A stretch of DNA of 64,000 nucleotides, taken from Salpingoeca rosetta (taxonomy: Eukaryota > Protista > Choanoflagellata). The stretch covers positions 1,248,123 through 1,312,122 of the forward strand of contig JAWQFM010000008.1 of NCBI GenBank assembly GCA_033442325.1, written 5' to 3'. The notes under the pieces were generated by a model. That model was not told the origin of the DNA. It made no database searches and saw only the letters and a list, made by a program, of their open reading frames with translations. The position numbers and the translations under genes were made by a program. How positions within the stretch are numbered: the first letter of the stretch is position 1; every line of letters starts with the position of its first letter. Shown here piece by piece: positions 34,396-53,841 of this stretch.

Positions 34396-34856
34396 GGAGG
34401 GGGTGGGGGTGAGAGATGGGAGAGGGAATGTCCAGCGTGTGTGCAGTGGGTCGTGAGAGTGTACGTGTGTACGTGTGGGAAATTGAGGGCAGCACGAGTG
34501 ATACACGTGGTCTGGTGGTATAATCACGCATGAAGCGAGCCACACACAGACAGGATGGATCAAACACACACACACACACACACAACCTACACACACACAC
34601 ACACACACGCACAGCCTACACAAGCACACACACATGCACTCACACACAACCTTCACACACACACACACACACAACACACACACGCACACACACGTACAAC
34701 ACACACACACACATGTACACATGAACTCACGCTCCAGGCGTTCTCGTAGGTCTGTTGGGAGACGTCCACGCCATAGGTGGCCTCAGCGCCCATCGGGCAC
34801 AGCGCCACGGCGACAAGAGCAGCGCACACCACTGCAGCAAACGCAAACACCTTCAT
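33071..34856 (-). CDS. Secreted GH25-type lysozyme (protist/nematode lys family); frame disruption near the start of exon 2
   Basis: Exons 34856-34731, 34295-33933, 33515-33442, 33192-33071. Signal peptide, then YGVDVSQ, FGVIRCFMSTGHPDPNCPHTIYNAW, DIYFFPC, GMLWLDIEG (DxE), GVYT-SESQWSPI, PLWYAHY-D, FGGWSKPSIKQF, VDKNWY. Confidence 0.88.
33642..33741. other. Assembly gap (N run)
   Basis: N bases within a lysozyme intron. Confidence 1.
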
Positions 34857-35636
34857 CTTTGGCAGTGTTGTTTGGAGGAAGGGAAAGTGCGTTGTTTGTG
34901 TTGCTGTGTGGGAACTTTTGCCTCACAAAAGGGTACAACCCTGAATTCAGTCGATCGTCCAGCCGCGCACAATTTGAACGCGTTGCTGCGTTGCTGCGTT
35001 GCTGCGTTGTTGTTGTTGTTGTTTGTTTGGCACGCGTTGCTGTTCTTTCTGCGTCTGCTGACACAACATGTCTCGTTTCTGCCCCGCTTCAGCATTCCCG
35101 TTCTCTCCCTCTCTCCCTCACACGCACGCACGCACAGGCAGCTACACGCCAACTACACGCCAACTCTGCGCTGTCATGTCACATCATGAGTCGTCTAGTC
35201 TCACTAGCTCACTGACACTGACTGCACGCACATTTCAGCACTTCGTTTTCTGTATGTCGTTTTGTATGGGAAACATGAGCCAGTCAAGTTTCATCAAAAC
35301 GGCGCACGCATCGACAACCACCACCATCACAGGATCGCTTCACACGCAAGCCGAGAAGCAAAACAAAGCGACCACCCACTCCTCCAATGAACAAGCAACA
35401 CAGCCCACAGCAATACAAACCGCTCATCTTGCAAGATTTAAGAGGGAAGGGGGCATGCAAGCACGCACAAAGCACAAAGGGCAACAAGAGAGAGGCAGGG
35501 GGAGGGGGACAATGTGCCTCAACACCAGCATAGGAATGGGACATCAACAACAACGCGGGAGTAGGTACAAACCACTGCGTGCACTTGCACACACAAACAC
35601 ACACAAACGAAACATTCACAACACATTCAGATGCCT

Positions 35637-36833
35637 TTAGGCGTGGTCCGCCTCGGCTGGCGTGTTGTTCGTCGGGAGGACGGTTTGCTGGTGCTTCTTC
35701 GTTGCGTAGAAGGCGCCGCCAACAACAACGCCGACAAGCAGCACCGCGCCAACAACGATGCCTGCAATGGCACCGGCGGAGAGGCCAGACCCGTTGGCGC
35801 CAGAGGCGGACGAGTCCGTGTTGCCGCTGGGATCGCCCTGCGCCACGTCATCGCAGCCGCCGTAGGCGTTGTTGCACTTGGTGGTCGTCGTGTAGGCAGG
35901 TGGCTGCGTGGTATATTTGGGCGGCTGGGTCGTGTAGACAGGTGGCTGCGTGGTGTAGACAGGTGGCTTTGTCGTGTACTTGGGTGGTTGCGTCGTGTAG
36001 ACGGGGGGCTGGGTGGTGTACTGTGGCGGTTGAGTCGTGTACTGTGGCGGCTGGGTGGTGTACTGTGGTGGCTGAGTCGTATATGCGGGTGGTTGGGTCG
36101 TGTAGACAGGGTAGGCGGGCCGCGTGGTGTAAGCTGGTGGCTGCGTCGTGTACTGTGGTGGTTGAGTCGTGTAGGCCGGCGCCTCAGTTGTGTACTGCGG
36201 TGGTTGCGTGGTGTAGACGGGCGCTTCCGTGGTGTATGCAGGGGGCTGCGTGGTGTACTGTGGAGGCTGTGTGGTGTACTGTGGAGGTTGTGTGGTGTAA
36301 GCGGGCGCTTCCGTGGTGTAGGCGGGAGGCTTGGTGGTGTATGCCTTCGTGGTGGTGGTGTACACTGGTGCCTCCGTGGTTGTGGTGTACGCCTTGGTTG
36401 TTGTGTAAGCGGGCGCCTCCGTCGTGGTGGTGTACGCCTTGGTTGTTGTGTAGGCCTTGGTTGTGGTGTAGGACGGGGCCTCGGTTGTGGTCTTGGGAGC
36501 ATATGGGTTCTTCTCCGTGGTGTAAGCAGGTGCCTCAGTGGTTGTGGTGTAAGCCTTGGTTGTCGTGTAAGCGGGTGCCTCCGTTGTTGTGGTGTAGGCC
36601 TTGGTTGTGGTGTACGCAGGTGCCTCAGTGGTTGTGGTGTAAGCCTTGGTTGTCGTGTAAGCGGGTGCCTCAGTGGTTGTGGTGTAAGCCTTGGTTGTCG
36701 TGTAAGCGGGTGCCTCCGTTGTTGTGGTGTAGGCCTTCTCCGTCGTCGTGTACGACGGATATGCTGGTACAGCAGACGTTGCGTGCAAGAGCATCAGGCA
36801 CGCAGCGGCGACCGCAAACGCGTGCAGCCGCAT
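35637..36833 (-). CDS. Tyr/Thr/Pro-repeat mucin/extensin-like type I membrane protein
   Basis: Intronless 398-aa ORF: signal peptide MRLHAFAVAAACLMLLHATSA, tandem YTTTTEAPA/YTTTKA and YTTQPPx repeats, TM LSAGAIAGIVVGAVLLVGVVVGGAFY, short tail. Confidence 0.85.
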   Translation of the reverse strand: MRLHAFAVAAACLMLLHATSAVPAYPSYTTTEKAYTTTTEAPAYTTTKAYTTTTEAPAYTTTKAYTTTTEAPAYTTTKAYTTTTEAPAYTTTKAYTTTTEAPAYTTEKNPYAPKTTTEAPSYTTTKAYTTTKAYTTTTEAPAYTTTKAYTTTTEAPVYTTTTKAYTTKPPAYTTEAPAYTTQPPQYTTQPPQYTTQPPAYTTEAPVYTTQPPQYTTEAPAYTTQPPQYTTQPPAYTTRPAYPVYTTQPPAYTTQPPQYTTQPPQYTTQPPQYTTQPPVYTTQPPKYTTKPPVYTTQPPVYTTQPPKYTTQPPAYTTTTKCNNAYGGCDDVAQGDPSGNTDSSASGANGSGLSAGAIAGIVVGAVLLVGVVVGGAFYATKKHQQTVLPTNNTPAEADHA

Positions 36834-37846
36834 CTTGTCGGTCGTGCGCGAAGAGGTGTGCGAAGAGGTGTGCGCGGGGAACAGAGGAACGCTCGCTCAA
36901 AGACGAGGAGGTGGTCAGTTGCGGTGAAGGTCACGCACAGTGTGTGGGCCTGGTCCTGGGCTTGGAGGTGCTTGGCGTTTCCTCTTGAGGTCTGGTGGTG
37001 AGTCGCAATGCTGGGTGCAGATGAAAAATGAACTCGCCATCACCTCGACCTTCACAAATAGGGCGAGAGCGCTGCGCTGCAGCCGGCTCGCTCAAACCCC
37101 CGTGCAACGGCAAGCAGTTATGCCTGCAAGCTCGGTGATCTGGGAGGCGGTAGGGACAAGGGTGCGTGCACTCCATCCCTTGCATGTTCGTGTGCATGTT
37201 CACGCCAGCACGAACATGCACGCATGCGTGTGTATTGTGTGTGCCTGGTTGTCCCTATAGTCGATAGCAGAGTTTGTGGTGTAAGCCTTTGGTTGTCGTG
37301 TAAGCGGGTGCCTCCGTTTGTTGTTGTGGTAGGCCTTCTCCGTCGTCGTGTACGACGGATATGCTGGTACAGCAGACGTTGCGTGCAAGAGCATCAGGCA
37401 CGCAGCGGCGACCGCAAACGCGTGCAGCCGCATCTTGTCGGTCGTGCGCGAAGAGGTGTGCGAAGAGGTGTGCGCGGGGAACAGAGGAACGCTCGCTCAA
37501 AGACGAGGAGGTGGTCAGTTGCGGTGAAGGTCACGCACAGTGTGTGGGCCTGGTCCTGGGCTTGGAGGTGCTTGGCGTTTCCTCTTGAGGTCTGGTGGTG
37601 AGTCGCAATGCTGGGTGCAGATGAAAAATGAACTCGCCATCACCTCGACCTTCACAAATAGGGCGAGAGCGCTGCGCTGCAGCCGGCTCGCTCAAACCCC
37701 CGTGCAACGGCAAGCAGTTATGCCTGCAAGCTCGGTGATCTGGGAGGCGGGAGGGACAAGGGTGCGTGCACTCCATCCCTTGCATGTTCGTGTGCATGTT
37801 CACGCCAGCACGAACATGCACGCATGCGTGTGTATTGTGTGTGCCT
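36677..37846. repeat. Tandem direct duplication of ~570 bp (36677-37246 and 37273-37846) covering the mucin-like gene's 5' end and upstream region
   Basis: Near-identical at ~600-bp offset. One substitution (37151 t vs 37751 g) and small indels near the junction. The second copy is truncated. Confidence 0.9.
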
Positions 37847-38514
37847 CTGCACGTATGTGCGTGTTCATGGGAGCCGTGCGCGCTGGGTGCTGCGCTGGGT
37901 GCTGCGTTGCGGTGCAATACGTGGAGGGGATATGTGCTGCGATACTGCGATGCCGCAGCGATGCAGCGGTGCGTGCAGGGGTGGCAGGTGTGCGTCGCAT
38001 CAAAGAATAGCCCGGTGCGTGCACGCCACGCACATCATGCGCACGTCGTGGCGGCTCACAATGCCTCACCTATTCCTGTCCTTACAGACACGCCACGCCA
38101 TCACCATCACCCTCATCATGAGCATGCTCGCCATGATCATGTAACTGCGCTGCACTTGTCGTGCTGTTGCTGCTCCTTTTTTCAGGCCGATGAAGCAGTG
38201 CTTGTAGTTGTGCGTGCCAAATACACGCACACACATGCACGCACACACATGCACGCACACACACATGCACGCACACATGCACACACACAGCTACCTGCGC
38301 GTGCATGTCAACAGGCACTGCAGGGTGTTCATCCCCCGCTCCTCGTCGTTTGTTCGTGCAAGCAAGAAGCAAGCAAGCGGTTCGTGCCGTCTTGGGGAAA
38401 ACTGAAGTCAGTCGCCACAGAATGTGTGGTGTAGATGACTGTTGAAGATACCCGAAACATTTCTACATTGCGTGTGGTGTTTCGCAGGACTTGTTGTTGT
38501 TGTTGTGTGTCGAT

Positions 38515-40759
38515 ATGACCGTGGCTGACGAGACTGCTTCGCGTGGTGCACCTGCACCCTCCTCCACCTCGCCTGCGCCCGTGGCCACCTTTGGCACTGG
38601 CAAGACGGCGCAAGGCCTCCCCAACGACAGTGGTGCACCCACGATGAACGGCAATGGCACTGCGAGCACTGGCTCGCCGCAAAAGGCGGCCCCTGCGCCC
38701 GCGTCTGCGCCTGCGCCTGGCTGGGTGTATGCCGTGAGCCAGCTGGTGCTGATTGGTGCGACCGTGCTGTCCGGCTGGGGCGTGCTGTACCTCGGGCCGC
38801 GATACTTCAAGAAGAGCAGTGGTGCCATTGAGTACACCATCGCTGCCATCCCCTTCTACTTTGCGCTCATGCTTGTTGAGCTTGCGCTCATGCAGCTGTC
38901 CAAGGCGCTCCGCGTTGCGCAGGCTGCCCGCTACTCGCTGGCGGACTCGTGGAGCTCCATCACCGCAGGCGCCACGCAGCAGCTTGTGATCGTCACCGTC
39001 ATCTCTCCGCTGCTCAAGGCGATTGGGCCTTACTTTGGGTATGCCCTCATCTGGGAGAAGGCCGCCCTCTTCCGCCCGGATGTGGACGCCTGGCCCATCT
39101 GGATTGCGGGCTTCTTCACCGCGGACTTTGCCTACTACTGGGCCCACCGCTTCTACCACACGAACCAGCTCTTCTGGGCCGGGCACCAGGTCCACCACAG
39201 CTCGGAGCACTACAACCTGAGCACGGCCCTGCGCCAGTCGTGGTGGCAGGCCGCGTGTGGCGAGCTCCTCAAGCTGCCCTTTGCCCTGTTCATCCCGCCC
39301 CAAGTCTACCTCATCAACAGCTCCCTCAACACAGTGTACCAGTTCTGGGTGCACACCTGCCTTGTGGACCGGCTTGGCCCGATCGAGTGGTTCTTCTCCA
39401 CGCCGTCCCACCACCGCGTGCATCACGACCGTCGCGTCCACAAAAACTTTGGCGGCGTCCTCATCATCTGGGACCGCATCTTCGGATCGTGAGTCGCGTG
39501 GTGGTGGTGTTGCTTGTGTTGGTGGTGGTGGTGGTGGTGGTGGTGGTGGTTGGTGGTTGTATGTTTATGTATGAATGTATGGCGCAATGCGTGGTATGCA
39601 AAGCAAATGTATTGAACTTGTTTGTGAGCGTACAGTTCCTTTCGCGTACGAGTCAATGTGCATGTGAACTTTGCGCACGATCTCGCCCGTTTGTCGTGCG
39701 TCTATCCCACTTGGTGCTGCACAAGCGTGCTGTGCCTTGAGCTTTCATCTCACACACGCGCGCGCGAACCTGCACTGCCGTGGCAGCTTCCTTGACGAGG
39801 CCGAGGATGTGCGGCGCTACAACTGGGACCGCAAACAGGAGGAGATTGAGCTGTACGGTGTGATCCGGCCTGTCGAGTCCTGGCTCGAGCCATGCCTCCA
39901 GTACACGGGCTTCCAGACCATCCTTGGCCGCATCAAGCGCCACTTCCTCATCAAAGGTGTGTATCTCTTTGTGCCTGTGTGTGTCTGTGTGTGTCTGTGT
40001 GTATCTGTGTGTGTCTGTGTGTGTGTGTGTGTGTGGCTGTGTGTGTGTGTGTGTGGCTGTGTGTGGCTGTGTGGCTGTGTGTCTGTGTGTATCTGTGTGT
40101 GTCTGTGTGTCTGTGCGTGGCTGGGGTTCTACATTCCTGCCTGCCTGTGTGTGCCGATCTCTTCTGTCTTGTCGCATGGCCTTCCCCTCATCATCATCAC
40201 CACCACCACAACAACAATACACACACACACATGCACATTGCACGCAGGCTTCAGTTTGGTTGAGTTTGCGCGCATCCTTGTCGTTGGTCCCGGCTGGACG
40301 ACGGTGATGCAGAAGCGGACGCTCCGTCCCACCAAGGACGATGCATCACGCCTCCGCCTTCGCCGCCCCTTCTCCAGTCACGTTGTTGCCATCTACTTCT
40401 TCGCTCAGTTCCTCATGTACCTCACCGCCGCTGTGATTGGCCTCCTGTTCATCGGCAAGGCATACACGCCGGCACTCGCTGGCATTGGCTTTGCCTTTGC
40501 TCTCAGCGTGACGCTTGCGCTCTTCCTCGACTTTCACCCGCTCGCTGCCGCTGCCCACGTCACCGTGTGCATCACCGCCATTGCGCTGTTTCTCCCCTAC
40601 TGGTGCCCTGCGGTCTTTGGCGACCTCTTTGGGTTGCCTGCAGGCACCGTTTGGCGCGTGCAGCTCGGCCTGTCTGCACTGCACTTCTTTGGCCTTCTTC
40701 TCACCCTCACTGGCCTCTGGCCCGGCCGCCCGGCTGCCAGCGCCAAGAAGACCCATTGA
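38515..40759 (+). CDS. AGMO: Alkylglycerol monooxygenase-like fatty acid hydroxylase family protein
   Basis: Exons 38515-39488, 39787-39956, 40248-40759. His boxes YYWAHRFYH, WAGHQVHHSSEHYNLSTALRQS, YQFWVHT, TPSHHRVHH, KNFGGVLIIWDRIFGSF; C-terminal KKTH. Confidence 0.92.
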
Positions 40760-41225
40760 AGTAAGTGACTCTGTCTGTGTGTATGTGTGTGTATGTATGT
40801 GTGTGTTTGTATGTGTGTGTCTGTGAGTTTACGTGTGTGTGTCTGTACGTGTGTTTGCGTGCGTGCGTGCGTGTGTGTGTGTGTTTACGTGCGTGTGTTT
40901 ACGTGCGTGTGTGTGTGTGTGTCAACTGAGTATGTGCATATGCATGTGCGTCATCATCTGTATGCACACTCACAAACAGACACACTCATGCTTTCACTTT
41001 CTTGCAGGATGCAGACACGCCCTGACATTCGTCGCATGTCTTTTCTCCTCCCCTCTTCTTCTTTTCGTCCAATCTTCCTCCCTACCCTTTCCCCATTCCT
41101 TCCTCCTCGTCCTTCTTTTTCTCTCCGTCTGCGTCTGCGTACTCTGCTGTCACGTAGTGCATCGGGTTAGTGTTGACCCCATCCTTGCTCCTTTGTGCTT
41201 GGTTGTGCATGGTTGTGAAAGCAGC

Positions 41226-41272
<47 letters not shown>

Positions 41273-42007
41273 CAAGGAGAGATGGTTGTTGTGAGCATTT
41301 GCTTCTCTTCCTTCGTTCTTGCAATTTGTTTTGTTACGTTGCTGGTTTCTCTCACCCATTTGTGCTTCGTCTGTTACGGCTGATGACCACACCTGCGCGT
41401 GTGCGTGCGTACGTGCGTGTGCATATGTGTGTGTGTGTGTGCACGTGTGTGCATGTGTGCGTGAGACCCCGCCCCCCCCCCCGCGTATCCAACACCACCG
41501 CAGCACTGCAGCAGCACCGCAGGCTTCAAGGGCAGCACAACGCCACTGAGTAAACGGCTCAATGACAAGCGAGAGTGTATTTCGAAGCACATGTTTCGTG
41601 CAGGCAAGACAAAAAAAAAAAAAAAACACAGCGACAAGAATACGCACACTGACACGGGAACAGCACATATACGCACAGGCGTGCAAACGCAGGTGTAGGT
41701 GAATCGGTTTGAAGTCAGAAAGGGGAAGAGCAATGGGAGCACCAGCAACTAGCAAACAGCAACAACAACTTCACACACAACAAGTGGCAAGCAGGTGACA
41801 GTCAATCATGGGCGTTGTACGGGCAGGCAGGAGATAACACTTGATGCGACAAAGAGGGCAGGCAACACAAACACAGGCCACGGCTGCAAAAGAAATGGAG
41901 AAATGAGTGAACGAGGAAGGAGGGGAGGACACGGGAATCGAGTGCAGGTGGCTGTGTCCGCGAAGCGAGGTGGGGGTTAAGGATGGGTTGTCCGATTAGT
42001 GCTTGCA

Positions 42008-44569
<2,562 letters not shown>

Positions 44570-44810
44570 GGTGTGGTGGTGGTGGTGCTTCTTGTCTGTT
44601 GTTTGTTGGACGCCTTTGTTCGTGCGACTTGCAGAATAGTGACGGATGCCACAGCGAATTTTCGCCAATACAAGGCAGTGTTGTTGTTGTTGTGACCCTT
44701 CAACGATAACCACCACCACCACCACATCCCACACTCGCATACGTACACGCACACGCATACGGACACGCATCCTCACGTTCACAGCATCGAATCCTGCACG
44801 CCAGCGCACG

Positions 44811-49157
<4,347 letters not shown>

Positions 49158-49624
49158 CCAGGGAGTTGTAATCGCGAGTGATGCAGAGGCCTAAGTCTTG
49201 TGCATGTGGGGTGTTATCATTGTTTCTTCGTTCCGTGCTGTGCTGCGCTGTGTGCAACGTTGGCGCATATTTCTCGGTCGGTCACGATTCTCTGTGTGTG
49301 AGGTGGAAATGGTACACGCACATACCCCAACGCAACGGCAGTAAACAACCCGCTAGTTCCACCCACATGTGTGTGTATGTGTATGTGTGTGTGTGTGGCG
49401 TGGTAGGTGAAGTGATTTGGAGAGTTCCAGTGTAATTCATCCGCAACCATTCACGCTCACAGCTAAAGGGAAGACACCACGTACGCGTGAGATTCAAACA
49501 CAACACAAGGCAATACGAAACCACTGCACAACAACAAAACCACAACACATGAACAAACACCAACACCAGCGCCTCCAGTCCAGTCGCAGCAAAAACACAA
49601 GTCCTTCGCGCTGTTATCGCGTCA

Positions 49625-51726
49625 TCAGTCCATCTTGGACAGTTCAAATCGCGTGTGCATCAGCTCCTGCGCCACGCAACAAAACGCCAGCGACGACAGC
49701 ACAGGTGTGAGGTGTGTATGCATGTGTGTGTGCGTGTGCGTGCGTGTGTGTGTCTGTGTGTGTCTGTGTGTACGTGTGTGTGTCTGTATGTGCGTGTGTG
49801 TCGTTTGCAGTTGACCGTCATCTCCATGCGTTCATGACCATCACTGAACTATCAACAACCACACCCCCTCCGCTCCTACGTCTCGTGTCCACCACAGCAC
49901 CTCATCGGAGTCGAGGGGAAAGCTGGGGAATGTCGTGTCGCTGACCATCGTGCTTGGGATGTTCTCCTCAACCCACTTCAGATCCTCATCCTGGATGCAC
50001 AGCGGCGGTGGTGGTGAGGTGGTGATGGGACGGTGGAAAGGTGTAGACAGAGGTCACACACAAACACACACACACACACACACAAATACAGACACATACA
50101 CAAACGGAGAGGCACGCACACGCACACACACGCACACATACGGAAGCACAGCCGCTCACCTCCTCGGGCAAGAGCGGGAGCTGGTGTTGGGACTGGTGGC
50201 GGTTGGAAACGTTGCGCTGCTTCATTGCGTCAGACTGGAAGTTGGGCACAACCTGATGAACACACACACACACATGCACACACACATGCACACACACATG
50301 CACACACAAACGCGCGAGTACACACGAGCATTGTGCAAGGATCCGTGAGAGAACATGAGGCAAGACGATGATGATGTGTATGCGTATGCTGCACCGCCAA
50401 GACCAAAAACTAAAGCGCAATCAACACCACATACACACACCAGCAAATCCAAGGTCAGCTCCTCACACACACACACAAAGCGAGGCACCTCGTAATCGTC
50501 GTCTGCGTTGTCTGCGTCGAGGGAGTACGCATAGCGCTGGTTGTTGAGCGTCGGCCGCCACAGGTACAGAATCACAACGAGCAGGCCGAAGAACAGGAAG
50601 TGCAGGTAGCTGGTGGTGGTATGGACGAACAAGTGTGAGTGCTTGTGGTGATAGTCAGCCGCAAAGCGCAGCGCACAGATGTTGAATGTGTTCAATCATC
50701 AACCACCATCACCATCACCATCACCACCAAGATCATCATCAAGACGACAAGATGGCGGTGCAAACTCACCCCTCGTGGTACCAGGCGGTGCGCCAGTCGG
50801 TCGTGTCGTCGAACGAGAGCCAGAGAACGTAGATGATGCCGGCAACAACGCCAATGCCAAGCGCAATGCGAAATCGCGAGTAAAGCAGCAGCTTTGTCGC
50901 GTTGTTCCTGACGAGACGAGGAGGAGGAGGAGGAGGAGGAGGAGGAGGAGGGACATGGTGAGGAAAGCGGGTGATGATACCCTCCATCGCGTCGAACACA
51001 CAAACACACACACATACACACACAAATACACATCCACACATATGACACACCTGAGCATGAGGATTTTGATTGTGTTTGAGAGGGCGAGGAAAATCCACCA
51101 GAGAAATCCCGTCTCCAGGACGGCGAGCGGAATTGCCATCACATTCTGCACCTGGTCGCTCGCGTCAGAGGTCTGGCCGTTGTTGATTTGTGTGTATGTG
51201 TGCGAGTGTATGTGAGTGTATGTGAATATGAGTGTGTGTGTGTGTGTGTGTGTGTCAGCGTGTGACGCCACGTGGGTCATTGATGCACGCAAACATGTCA
51301 TGCGCATGTGCACCACCATCACCACCATCACCACCACCAGCAGCACCTTTGCCAGTTCCGACGCGATAAAATACGCGGCGTGGAAGAAGAAGTAAGCGCC
51401 GCCAATGACAGTGATGTACTTCACAGCCCCGCCCAGACGCGGTCTAATGGCGATGGTGATGGTGGTGGTGGCGATGATGGTGAGGTGATGGAGGGTTGAA
51501 TTCCAGTTTACGGGCACCTCGCGTGCACATACATGTGCTGTCCACCACTCACAAGCACACATACGAACGCACACACACACACACACGTGCACATGCGAGG
51601 GATTGCCGTATTGTGTTACACGTGTTGCTGTTCAACGCACTTGACAATGCCGTAACCCATGCTGATGATGAGGAGGAGCAGGCGGAACAGCGTCTGCTTC
51701 GCCGCCGAGAGAAGAACAGCAAACGC

Positions 51727-51761
<35 letters not shown>

Positions 51762-52168
51762 ATGGCACACAGGGTGACACACACACATGCATACGTGCGA
51801 AGAAGGTGAGCATGAGCGAAATCCGAGGTGGTCTTGCATATGTTGTGTGTCACACACGAAAGAGCCACACGACCAAACACGCACGCACACACACATGTGA
51901 CGCACACACGCGTACCATGAGACCGGTTGAGCGTGTGCCCTTGTTCTGGAAGTGGTCGTAGTCGGCGTAGCGGACAGACATCTCAATCATTCCAAAGAAG
52001 ATGACGGCGCCCATCCAAAACTGGATGTAGAGCAGATCCTGCAGTGGTGGCGGTCGAGGGCAATATGGTGATGGTGGCGGTCAGGTGGTGGCGATTTGCA
52101 TTGGCAGCTACGGTTGAAAAGGTCGTGGAGGGACAGGAAGATAAAAGCATACTGTACCACACCCAATC

Positions 52169-52201
<33 letters not shown>

Positions 52202-52208
52202 ACACACA

Positions 52209-52247
<39 letters not shown>

Positions 52248-52523
52248 CACACGGCGGCACCTTGTAGTAGCAGGCGAGCATGACGGCCCAGAAGAGAGCG
52301 AGGCCGCCGTAACTGAAGCCGAGACCCGCGTACAGCGGCAGCAGCGGCACAAGGTCAGACGGAAGGTACCCGTCCACATTCTTGAACGTGGACGTGCCTG
52401 GAAGTGATGGTGGTGGCGGAAGTGGTGGTGGTGGTGGTGGGAACGGTGGAAGTAGTGGTGGGGATGGTGGTGGTGAGGGGTCAGCAGCAGGGGAAAGCAA
52501 CGACGATCGTTTCCTGCAGATGC

Positions 52524-52585
<62 letters not shown>

Positions 52586-53294
52586 CAAGCGCACCAGAGA
52601 TGGGGGCGCCGGTGTGTGTGATGTTGCCGCCTGATGACTCTGGGACGGACTCAATCCACAGCGTGTAGTAGCCGTCAAAGGCAAAGTGGCCCGTGGGCAC
52701 CGTGACAACAGACCCGCACGTGCGGCAGCCAGACTGCAGCTTGATCTGACTCTCAAGCTGCAAATGTGCGCGGTCAAGGTATGTGCATTGGTAGTTGTGG
52801 GTAGATGTGAGTGTGTGAGGGCGGTGGAGTGATGCTCGAAGCATGCACGTCAGGGAAAAGCAAGTGGACAACCTCAGACACGACTGTTTGTATGCGACAC
52901 ACACACACACGCACACACGCACACACACATACACACAATAGAGAGAGACAGTAGCTTACGATGCGAAGACCGCTGGAGCGGTCGCACACGAGGCGCTGTG
53001 TGTCATCATCGTCATCGTCGTCACTGCCTGCCTTTGCCGCTGTTGTCGGTGCAGCCGTGGTCTTGTCACCACGTACGACACGTGGATGCACACCCACGCC
53101 CTGCAGGGAGCGGCGGCTACCGCCTCCCTGTTTCGGGGTTGTGGTGGCGTTGACAGTGGCGTTGGCAGTCGTTGTGACGGGGGCGGTTGTGGTCAGGGGA
53201 GAGGCTGCACATGTGTGTCAAACCGCCGGGGGGGGGGGTGAGAAAGGTGGAAAGAAAGACAAGAAGTCTCTTCGTGCACGCGAAGATACGAGCA

Positions 53295-53340
<46 letters not shown>

Positions 53341-53841
53341 AGTTGTTGTGCACCTGAGCATTCGAGTCCCTCAGGGACGACGCAGGCGTTGGTAATGTTG
53401 GTGACGCCAGGTCTCTCCGTTGGGATCTCGTAGTATGGTGCAAACGATGACGCCGTCACCATGTAGGAGAAGTCGCCAACACACTCAACTGATGCAGGGC
53501 AGAGCAGTGTTGTGTGTGCGTGTGCATATGTGCGTATGCACGTGAGCGTCAAGTCAACAACACTCACACACACACACAAACACACACACATGCACAACGA
53601 CACATGCACACATGCACACACATATGCGCAAACGTATGAACAAGCTGAGCCCACCTGCAAAGTCGATGAAGGGGCGTTTCTTGTTGGTCTTGAAGAGCGC
53701 TTCCGTGTGTTGATGCCAGGACCTGCCATCGTCGCCAAACTCGACGATGGCACCATGTCCCAGCTCAACCACGGATGCAAGCGCAACCACGGTGACAAGC
53801 ACAGCGGCAACACAAGCGCCGCGTGTGCTCCACGCTCTCAT
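49625..53841 (-). CDS. TMEM87: TMEM87-like Golgi seven-transmembrane protein (lung 7TM/GOST family)
   Basis: Signal peptide at 53841; FKNVDGYLPSDLVPLLPLY, DLLYIQFWMGAVIFFGMIE, KQTLFRLLLLIISMGYGIVK-PRLG, LWRPTLNNQRYAYS, DEDLKWVEENIP, DSDE-ELMHTRFELSKMD* (last exon 49666-49625). Confidence 0.92.

Noticed and set aside
35880-36750. Regularly spaced repeats that could look CRISPR-like
   Set aside because: Coding tandem repeats with synonymous variation, no unique spacers, no cas genes, eukaryotic context
35579-37001. Long plus-strand ORFs (469 and 456 aa) antisense to the mucin-like gene
   Set aside because: Shadow ORFs of a repetitive CDS; the minus strand has the signal peptide and TM
37253-37261. 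CCCTATAGT matches the end of a reverse T7 promoter (vector contamination)
   Set aside because: Only 9 bp match and the following bases differ; insufficient
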